DNA of 25,469 nt from a virus (lineage: Duplodnaviria; Caudoviricetes): positions 1-25,469 of the IMG/VR virus record IMGVR_UViG_3300014208_000121; one strand, written 5' to 3'. The translations under genes and the position numbers were made by a program. This document shows positions 7,025-13,904 of the stretch, piece after piece. Under the pieces are notes generated by a model. The model saw nothing but the letters and a program-made list of their open reading frames with translations, had not been told where the DNA came from and made no database searches. How positions within the stretch are numbered: position 1 is the stretch's first letter; the number at the start of each line of letters is the position of its first letter.

Positions 7025-7195
7025 CTATTTACCTGTAAATTTTGAGCATTTATCAGCTAACATACATGATTTACATTCACAATGTGTGCCCATATTGATC
7101 TCAGAAAAAGTTAATGCTTTTCTAGGTTTTAAGATAATAGTCACAATGATAGCCGTCACAGCAGCTACTAATGTAATCAATATTGGATCGCTCAT
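7025..7195 (-). CDS. 56-aa membrane-anchored Cys-rich peptide (start revised to MSDPIL)
   Basis: AAGGA RBS, N-terminal TM, CxCxxC..C tail. Confidence 0.6.
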   Translation of the reverse strand: MSDPILITLVAAVTAIIVTIILKPRKALTFSEINMGTHCECKSCMLADKCSKFTGK

Positions 7196-7265
7196 TTGGT
7201 TTCCTTTTGGAGTGGTTGTGGAACTTACCATATAGATAGGCACCATTAAGCACTCGTTCTATTCA

Positions 7266-7285
7266 AATTTTCCCGCGGGAAAATT
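7266..7285. promoter_or_regulatory. Perfect 20-bp palindrome AATTTTCCCGCGGGAAAATT, candidate parS-like site
   Basis: Intergenic; core repeated at 4474 and 16387. Confidence 0.6.
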
Positions 7286-7433
7286 ACACCACTGCTTCGT
7301 GGCTCAGTCACCCTCACGGTAACTCATCCCAAACCAGCACCACCGATCAACGGCTTCTTTCCACTGTAGGGCTCAGGGAAACTCTTCCCCGTATTTTGAG
7401 CATAGGCTCGATAGATCACACGCTATATGTAAT

Positions 7434-7685
7434 CTACGAAACTATTTTGATATCGTTTGAGCGGCAGTAGGTATGGAACCCGTTGCAGTTCTTTTTTAGG
7501 TATTCGTAAATTAGTTTGTCAAGAGGAGTACTCTTTCCATTTCGAACCAATTTATCATGAAGACGTTGCTTCATAGATGATGGTTTTGCTCCTATCTCTT
7601 TTGATGCAGTTTCAAAGCTTTTGCCTGAAACTAACAATCCTAGTTTTACATTTTGATATAGAGATAGATGCTGGTTAAATGCCAT
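7434..7685 (-). CDS. Cro/Ner-like HTH regulator, first gene of leftward early operon
   Basis: 83 aa 'GKSFETASKEIGAKPSSMKQRL' HTH-like; divergent from CI. Confidence 0.6.
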   Translation of the reverse strand: MAFNQHLSLYQNVKLGLLVSGKSFETASKEIGAKPSSMKQRLHDKLVRNGKSTPLDKLIYEYLKKNCNGFHTYCRSNDIKIVS

Positions 7686-7699
7686 TTTTGTTAAACCTT

Positions 7700-7727
7700 T
7701 TGAGTATTGCTAATCATGCGTTATAAT
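7700..7727 (+). promoter_or_regulatory. Putative repressor (cI) promoter TTGAGT-N16-TATAAT
   Basis: Faces the leftward early promoter head-on. Confidence 0.5.
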
Positions 7728-7763
7728 CTTGTTTACGTTATGCAAACGTAAACGAGTACAGGC

Positions 7764-7792
7764 ATTATAAGAAATATATCTTACAAAGTCAA
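7764..7792 (-). promoter_or_regulatory. Leftward early promoter TTGACT-N17-TATAAT with operator TAAGAAATATATCTTA (7768..7783)
   Basis: Near-consensus sigma70 boxes; dyad operator in spacer; second operator TAAGAAATATGTCTGA at 7800..7815 over the cI start. Confidence 0.85.
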
Positions 7793-7807
7793 GAGGAAAT
7801 AAGAAAT

Positions 7808-8491
7808 ATGTCTGATTTTTCTAAAAGAATTAAAGAAGTAAGAAAATATCATAACTATACGCAAGAAGAATTTGCTCATGTAATAGGGGCAAATAATAAG
7901 CAAACAGTGAGTGATTTGGAAAATGGAAAACAAAAAGCACTTAAAGATGAGCAGATACAGGCTTTAGTTGATAAATTTAGAGTAAATAAAACATGGCTAC
8001 TTCTAGGTGAAGGGAGTATGTTTGAGCCAATTAGAGCCAAAGAGCACTCTAATACTATTGAGCCTGCTAAATTTTTCAATGTCCCTATCGTATCTGCAAA
8101 GGCAAGTGGATCACCGGTTGGTGAGATTCACTATGAGGTTATTACAAAAGGGGAGCTGTCGATTGCAAGGATGCTATTTAGGACAATGCCAAATGTAGAA
8201 AATATACAAGCGATAGAGGTGATCGGGAATAGTATGTCCCCTCGAATCAATCCTGGGGATTATGTCATTATCGATAAAGCCGATTCTTTTAATCAAGATG
8301 GGGTTTATGTATTGCAGTTTGATAGCATGTTATTAGTAAAGAGATTGCAGGTAACAACCAAAGGGATCAAGATCATCAGCGATAACCGATCATACGATGA
8401 TGATATGTACGATCCCGAAGATGATCAGCGCATGATGCACATCATCGGAAAGGTAATTTTAGTGATTAATAGAGATATGGCGTCCTTTTAA
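7808..8491 (+). CDS. cI: CI/LexA-like repressor (XRE HTH + S24 autopeptidase)
   Basis: N-terminal HTH 'TQEEFAHVIG..TVSDLENGK'; catalytic GNSMSP and LLVKRL motifs. Confidence 0.92.
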   Translation: MSDFSKRIKEVRKYHNYTQEEFAHVIGANNKQTVSDLENGKQKALKDEQIQALVDKFRVNKTWLLLGEGSMFEPIRAKEHSNTIEPAKFFNVPIVSAKASGSPVGEIHYEVITKGELSIARMLFRTMPNVENIQAIEVIGNSMSPRINPGDYVIIDKADSFNQDGVYVLQFDSMLLVKRLQVTTKGIKIISDNRSYDDDMYDPEDDQRMMHIIGKVILVINRDMASF

Positions 8492-8503
8492 TAATAAAAA
8501 AAT

Positions 8504-9055
8504 TTACTCCTGCCCCGTCTCTTTTATATCTATAAGTGTTGCACTTCCATCACTGTATGAAGCTATACATTGAAATGAGCCTTTAATTAAAGCTCCAAAA
8601 GCATTTTTAGCCCTTAGGTCCTGAATAACAAGATATGTACCATCTTTTTTAGCCATTACAACTACTGCATCAAACTCTACACTATCTGGGTCATTTAGAG
8701 ATTGTTTGATAGCATATCTGCACTCAGATTGAAGAGCAGTATCTTTTTTTACGGCTTCCGATTCTATTTTTTGCTCCACCTCTGCTGCGATTTCTTCAGG
8801 AGTTTTTTCTTTCTGTGGAGAGAATATCAAAACAATCAATAGTAAAGCAACCCCAGCCCACACAATTTTTTGCCATTTACCAATCTGTATTTTTCCACCA
8901 AGTTTTTTAAAATTTACCTTTTCTTTAAAAGAAAGTGGCTTCACCTGATCTTGAGAAAGTATTTGGTTTTTAAACGGCTTTATTGCTCCACAGTTTGGGC
9001 ATGATTTTGCTTCTACATTCACATCATGACCACAGTCAGTACACTTAAACAGCAT
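8504..9055 (-). CDS. Zinc-ribbon + single-TM envelope protein
   Basis: CTDC..CPNCG N-terminus, TM 'IVWAGVALLLIVLIF', C-terminal 'LNDPDS..RAKNAFGA' domain. Confidence 0.8.
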   Translation of the reverse strand: MLFKCTDCGHDVNVEAKSCPNCGAIKPFKNQILSQDQVKPLSFKEKVNFKKLGGKIQIGKWQKIVWAGVALLLIVLIFSPQKEKTPEEIAAEVEQKIESEAVKKDTALQSECRYAIKQSLNDPDSVEFDAVVVMAKKDGTYLVIQDLRAKNAFGALIKGSFQCIASYSDGSATLIDIKETGQE

Positions 9056-9066
9056 TATGTTCCTTT

Positions 9067-9315
9067 TTAATTACATAGTGATTCGCATGGAACCCCATCT
9101 TTATCTCTATCGAGTTTTCCAACTCCACACTCATTTAGATAAAACTTTGCCTCAGCGCAGTTGCTCATCTCTTTGCATTTATCTTTTCCGTTGCAAGAGA
9201 ATCTCTCTGACTTTTGCTTTGGCTCTTTTTTCTGTTTTTCTGCCGCGTTTAGCGCGCATGAACTTATAATTATAACCGACAACACGGCAACTTTTAGTAT
9301 TTTATACTCTTTCAT
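9067..9315 (-). CDS. Exported Excalibur calcium-binding domain protein
   Basis: Signal peptide; 'C.EMSNCAEAKFYL..C...LDRDKDGVPCE' DxDxDG motif; AGGAGG RBS. Confidence 0.85.
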   Translation of the reverse strand: MKEYKILKVAVLSVIIISSCALNAAEKQKKEPKQKSERFSCNGKDKCKEMSNCAEAKFYLNECGVGKLDRDKDGVPCESLCN

Positions 9316-9337
9316 TTAAGCCTCCTAAAATTAAAAG

Positions 9338-9378
9338 TAAGAAATAAGCTTGACAAAGTAAGAAATAAACCTTACAAT
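9338..9378 (+). promoter_or_regulatory. Rightward early promoter TTGACA-N17-TACAAT with two operators
   Basis: -35 at 9350..9355, -10 at 9373..9378; operators TAAGAAATAAGCTTGA (9338..9353) and TAAGAAATAAACCTTA (9359..9374). Confidence 0.88.
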
Positions 9379-9455
9379 GTCAGACCAACCTATTTATCTG
9401 AGCGGCGGTTGGACCTTCGGGGCCGCTCTTCAGATAAGTGTCCAAAGGATACACA

Positions 9456-9974
9456 ATGCCTATCTCGAAAACTACATGGTTCTATAAAGCAATCGACTCA
9501 GCTCTAAACGCTTTTGGTGAACGTCATCACATAACAGCTCGCCAGCATTTCGCGCCATTGCTCGGATATCATGGTGATAACGCAAGCATACAGCTCGGAA
9601 CCGCTCTGAATTGTACCACATACAACCCCATCACCCCAAAACCTATTTCTATCGATCAACTCTCTGTCTTACTCGATGAGCTTGGAAGTGATAAAAAAAT
9701 CATCCTAGATGCTATTGCAAAACAATGTGATGGCGTTTTTAACTTCAGTGCACAGGCTTCACCAGCACAAAGTGAAAGTGTAAAGGATGAGTTGTTGATG
9801 ATCGCAGCGTTTGCCGGTAACTTGTCAGCAAAGTTTTTGGAGTACAAAAACAATGACGGATGCATCGATGAACTTGAGGCGAATGAGCTAGAGCGTATCG
9901 CGTATGAGACACGACAACACTTGAGATCATTCGAAGATATGATTGAACTTCAAAAAGCAAAAATGGAGGATTGA
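9456..9974 (+). CDS. Phage regulatory CII/YmfL-like protein (start revised to MPISK)
   Basis: AAGGA RBS; 'ISIDQL..IILDAIAKQCDGVF' and 'DGCIDELE' pattern; first gene after early promoter. Confidence 0.6.
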   Translation: MPISKTTWFYKAIDSALNAFGERHHITARQHFAPLLGYHGDNASIQLGTALNCTTYNPITPKPISIDQLSVLLDELGSDKKIILDAIAKQCDGVFNFSAQASPAQSESVKDELLMIAAFAGNLSAKFLEYKNNDGCIDELEANELERIAYETRQHLRSFEDMIELQKAKMED

Positions 9975-9975
9975 T

Positions 9976-10254
9976 ATGGCAAAGATAACGTTTAAAAAAG
10001 GTTCCACACCGTATACGCTTCACACTCACTTCTCTTTAGGGGGGTCATTTACTTATGATGAAGCCTACCAAAAAGATATTCGCCATCTTTCTCAGCGTAT
10101 TGCTGATCTAAAGTCTAAATTTTTAGAAGCTGGTATCAAAGATTTGATCATGGTAATCGATGAGCCAAATGAGCGTGGTGGATTTCATGCCCGGTATTTT
10201 TATCGTGGGTATGGTTGCCTGCTGGAAAATAAAGATGGAGCGAGGGTCTACTAA
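9976..10254 (+). CDS. Winged HTH protein (start revised to MAKIT)
   Basis: GGAGG RBS; 'SFTYDEA...IRHLSQRIADLK....HARY' pattern of phage wHTH proteins. Confidence 0.65.
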   Translation: MAKITFKKGSTPYTLHTHFSLGGSFTYDEAYQKDIRHLSQRIADLKSKFLEAGIKDLIMVIDEPNERGGFHARYFYRGYGCLLENKDGARVY

Positions 10255-10391
10255 TGAGAATTAAACATAATCTCCTCCTCACTGCTAATAAGATCGTTAT
10301 GAAAACCCCTATCCTATCATTTAATATCAAAGTAAAAATTAGAAAAATAATTATGACTGAGCTGAAATCCAGCGGGTTTAAAGGTCTATAA
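10254..10391 (+). CDS. 45-aa basic ORF (MRIKHNLLLT...), not in ORF track
   Basis: TAATG overlaps at both ends, fills the gap exactly. Confidence 0.55.
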   Translation: MRIKHNLLLTANKIVMKTPILSFNIKVKIRKIIMTELKSSGFKGL

Positions 10392-11653
10392 TGGAACAGC
10401 ACCTCTATAACCTTGCTTTTGAGCGTTCAGTTCTTTCATCGCTTTTGTTTATTCATGATTTTGATACTGTAGATGATATGGTTGCTCTGCTCAATGAAGA
10501 TCTGTTTTTTCTCCAATCCCACAAAGATATTTGTGCTGCCATTATTAAGCTTCAATTATCTGGGTTACCGATCGAAGAGAGTTTTATCCAAAAACACATG
10601 GTGCAAACTGGTAAGTTCGATGAAAGAGTGATGGTTGAAATCCTGACAGCTAACAGCATGGCGAACATAAAACCATATATCGATGCTCTTATGGAGTTTG
10701 CACGAAAGCGAAAGCTAGAACAGCTGTCATTCAATATCCGAAAAATGATTAGTGAAGAAAATAATAGTGCTGATGATATCGAATCAATGCTAGAACTATC
10801 TCTCAGTGAGTCTCAGATCAAGAGTGGTACGACGATGCCTGTCACAATGGAGAGAGCTATCGAAGAGTTCCATAACATGACAATCCCTGAACCGATTCGT
10901 ACTGGTATAGAAAGCCTCGATAATCTACTGTGTGGAGGGTTTGAACCTGCACAACTCGTTCATATCGGTGGAGAGCGTAACGTCGGTAAAACAACGCTCA
11001 TGAAGCAGATATTGTTCAATACGTCTGTTGATTATGACACGCTCTTCTTTAGCTTCGAAATGCCTAAATGGAAGATGGCCAAATATACTGAGCGTATGAC
11101 CGGTAAAAGCAATATGAAGCGGTATCACATCATCGACACGAACATGATGAAAAGCCGTGACGTTACTGATGTAGCACGTATGATCAGAACAATGTGGAGA
11201 AAACACGGTATACGATTCGCGCTGATAGATTCAAAGATGAAACTAAACCACCGTTCTTATAAAGGGAACAGTGACGCTGAGAAAAAAGGAGAGATTGACT
11301 CTATCCTCAGTGCAGTAACGCAAGAGACTGGAATCGTTATCCTAATGATTGTACAGGCTTCACGTGAAGAGCTAAAGAACGGAAAGATGGGAAGCTACGG
11401 TTCTGTATTGTCCGACTATGAGACAGATATGCAGCTGATGCTTAAAAAGACTGATGGTGGCATAGAAGTAAGCTGTGAAAAGAATCGCCAAGAGGTATTA
11501 CATTACCCTGCTAAACTTTGGTTCAACGAGAAAGAGCTGAAGTTTGACAGTATAAAAGCGGATATTGTGCACTATCAGATACCAACATCGTATACGGATC
11601 GCGCTTCTTTGATCGCAGGTAATGATGAGAAATACGAGATTGTAATACTATGA
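10391..11653 (+). CDS. DnaB-like replicative helicase (divergent)
   Basis: DnaB N-domain 'ERSVLSSLL..FF..H..I', TGIESLD, Walker A GERNVGKT, FSFEM, KNR. Confidence 0.85.
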   Translation: MEQHLYNLAFERSVLSSLLFIHDFDTVDDMVALLNEDLFFLQSHKDICAAIIKLQLSGLPIEESFIQKHMVQTGKFDERVMVEILTANSMANIKPYIDALMEFARKRKLEQLSFNIRKMISEENNSADDIESMLELSLSESQIKSGTTMPVTMERAIEEFHNMTIPEPIRTGIESLDNLLCGGFEPAQLVHIGGERNVGKTTLMKQILFNTSVDYDTLFFSFEMPKWKMAKYTERMTGKSNMKRYHIIDTNMMKSRDVTDVARMIRTMWRKHGIRFALIDSKMKLNHRSYKGNSDAEKKGEIDSILSAVTQETGIVILMIVQASREELKNGKMGSYGSVLSDYETDMQLMLKKTDGGIEVSCEKNRQEVLHYPAKLWFNEKELKFDSIKADIVHYQIPTSYTDRASLIAGNDEKYEIVIL

Positions 11654-12486
11654 GAATGAATTATAAGAGTTACCCAACCGACTTTATTCAACAACTCAAA
11701 CGTGAGCGCGGTGTAGCAGGACGTAAGAAAGCACGTGCGTTTATGGAGTTTTGGGATGACATGGAACATGGAGATCATAATAGTGAATCATTCTATGCAA
11801 AGTCATGGGATATATCTCGCAGTACTTCTCACGAATGGATCAAAGAGTTTAAAATAGAAATGGACTTATATATCGATCACATGTTCTTAAAAAATCAGCA
11901 ACACTATAACCACGCTGTATTTTCAACCGAGCAAAACGAGCAGAGACAACCGAGTAAAACGAGCACCAATAAACCACGTACTATAGGCACTTCTACAATA
12001 TCAACCGAGCAAACCGAGCAAGGCTTACCGAGGGAAGCTTTTAATCTATATGATAATAATAACGTGCGTGAACTTCGTAGAGAATGGTGGAATGATGCTG
12101 AGTTTAACGATTTGTTTTTTATCTACTCTCAAAATACTAAGTTCGTCGGTAAAAAAGAGGATGCATTCGAACAATTCACTAAAACAGAAATGAACCCATC
12201 TATCATAATTCTATCCGCTGTCCAATATCTACATGATCCTGCTATCGGCGGGAAACACTATAACCTCGCAAACTTCCTCAAAAATGAAACATACTTGGCA
12301 TATATTCCTAAGATGATCAAGGTGCGCCATGGTGATCAAGACATCATCGGTGAGTATGATCGAGTCAATCAGCGTATCATTGAGAGTGGAAGCAATCGTT
12401 TTATAGTATTGACTCCCGAGCGATTAGTTGAATTATTCAAAGCTGGCGCGTTAGAGTTTATCAAACCATCCGGGAGAGCAGCATGA
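11650..12486 (+). CDS. Putative replication initiator carrying internal iterons
   Basis: N-terminal HTH-like 'FYAKSWDISRSTSHEWI', low-complexity linker with repeats, C-terminal 'FNDLF..Y..K..KEDAFEQF..LANFL'. Confidence 0.65.
   Translation: MRMNYKSYPTDFIQQLKRERGVAGRKKARAFMEFWDDMEHGDHNSESFYAKSWDISRSTSHEWIKEFKIEMDLYIDHMFLKNQQHYNHAVFSTEQNEQRQPSKTSTNKPRTIGTSTISTEQTEQGLPREAFNLYDNNNVRELRREWWNDAEFNDLFFIYSQNTKFVGKKEDAFEQFTKTEMNPSIIILSAVQYLHDPAIGGKHYNLANFLKNETYLAYIPKMIKVRHGDQDIIGEYDRVNQRIIESGSNRFIVLTPERLVELFKAGALEFIKPSGRAA
11924..12063 (+). repeat. Iteron cluster and AT-rich tract, putative phage ori
   Basis: CAACCGAGYAAAMCGAGCA at 11924..11942, 11947..11965, 12002..12020, then AT-rich 12039..12063. 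Confidence 0.7.
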
Positions 12487-13073
12487 TAGTAACGATTGAT
12501 ATGACAGGACAAGAAGCATTACTCAAAGCAGTTAACCCAAACACTGCAAAGAAAGCAATCAAGAGAACACTCAAGGAATTAATGAGCAGCGCTATGACTG
12601 CCGGACAAAAAGAAGTAACAAAAACATACAACCTCAAGACCTCACAGCTCAAAAGATATATTGGAAGTCGTGTCGTATCTAATGCAGGGCTACAGGTATC
12701 TGTATCTATCCGATCGCAAGGATATGTCTCTATGTTTAATTTTATAAACAAGGCGAGTATCCAAAGCTCACTTACCCGTAAAAACAAAAATAGTAAGGGC
12801 AAAGTTAAAGTGAAGATCATCAAAGGAGGCGGTGCTCATACGTTCCGTCATGCATTCGTGATGATAGGAAAGAGTGGCAACATCGGTATCTTTGAGCGTG
12901 TACGTGGAGTGAAGTCATCAACGGGTAACGATAAGATCACTCGCCTCAATACTGTTGGACCTATAGGGATGTTCGAGAAGATTGGACTCCCTATCATCCA
13001 AGATCATGTGACATCACGCGCTGCTAATGTACTAAAGCGAAACCTTGCATTCTATATGAGTAAAGAGTCATGA
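12483..13073 (+). CDS. Lambda gpZ-like tail completion protein
   Basis: Basic 196 aa; 'KAIKRTL..EVTKTYNLK', 'VKVKIIKG..RHAF..GIFER' pattern. Confidence 0.7.
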   Translation: MIVTIDMTGQEALLKAVNPNTAKKAIKRTLKELMSSAMTAGQKEVTKTYNLKTSQLKRYIGSRVVSNAGLQVSVSIRSQGYVSMFNFINKASIQSSLTRKNKNSKGKVKVKIIKGGGAHTFRHAFVMIGKSGNIGIFERVRGVKSSTGNDKITRLNTVGPIGMFEKIGLPIIQDHVTSRAANVLKRNLAFYMSKES

Positions 13074-13084
13074 TTAAAACATTA

Positions 13085-13129
13085 AGGTACTCCGCCATAG
13101 TTACCGTAGTGCGGGGCTTAAGACTCGCG
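13085..13129 (+). other. Lambda-like cos site (cosQ-like AGGTACT; cosN-like TGCG^GGGCTTAAGACT^CGCG)
   Basis: Architecture parallels lambda GGGTCCT..TACG^GGGCGGCGACCT^CGCG; directly upstream of terS and a GpA-type terminase. Confidence 0.7.
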
Positions 13130-13211
13130 GAAAGTCTCTATTTTTTGAGTCCTAAACTTCCTAAACTTTCCAGTTGTGGAATGTTTACTAAACAAACAAT
13201 AGGGTAGATTG

Positions 13212-13904
13212 ATGGTTAATTTAATTACTGCTTCACAATGTTTGATCAAGCTTGAGAATGATGGTATTAAATATACAAAAGGGTATTTTTCCCAAATGAC
13301 AAGCGACGGTAAAATTCCATGGCACCCAAAAGCAGATAGCCCAAAAAAATTCTATATTTACGAAGAGGTACTTGAAGCAATCAAAAACACTCAAGATCCA
13401 ACCCGTGACGCTCAAAGAGAAGCAAACGAGCAAAAGCGTGCAGAGCCCATCGATTTGTTTGCTGCCGTCGGAACGTATGAGAGTATTGCCGATATGAGTG
13501 ATGATGAGCGTGAGGCCTATGACATCGAATGTAGAAGAGAGCTAGAAGAGGCACGTAAGGCAAGAGAAGCCGCTTTAGCAGCTGGAGCAAAAGATACCAG
13601 TGATAATGAAGAAAAAGACCTTACAACAATGAAATTGAACGATGTAAAAATTGCTAAAGAGTATTGGTTGGGAGAAAAAGCAAAAGCTGAAGTCGAACAG
13701 ATGAAAAAAGTACTCATCCCAAAAAATGAGGTTGCCGGGGTAATTGAGTTTATGATCTCTCCAATCAATACCAAACTCGATGAGATACCACATAAGATGA
13801 GGGCTAATTTTAGTGATTTTCCTGAGAAACAATACCGTTGGCTAATTGATCATATCAATCATCTCAAAGAAGAGCTCCATAACAGTGGGAAAGAGCTTCT
13901 ATGA
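13212..13904 (+). CDS. Terminase small subunit (Nu1-like)
   Basis: N-terminal wHTH-like region, helical C-terminus 'KEYW..EKAKAE..LIPKNEV', between cos and terL. Confidence 0.75.
   Translation: MVNLITASQCLIKLENDGIKYTKGYFSQMTSDGKIPWHPKADSPKKFYIYEEVLEAIKNTQDPTRDAQREANEQKRAEPIDLFAAVGTYESIADMSDDEREAYDIECRRELEEARKAREAALAAGAKDTSDNEEKDLTTMKLNDVKIAKEYWLGEKAKAEVEQMKKVLIPKNEVAGVIEFMISPINTKLDEIPHKMRANFSDFPEKQYRWLIDHINHLKEELHNSGKELL

Noticed and set aside
4490-7330. Hammerhead or other self-cleaving ribozyme at the CUGAG motifs
   Set aside because: The CUGAUGA..GAAA core and required stems could not be assembled by eye.
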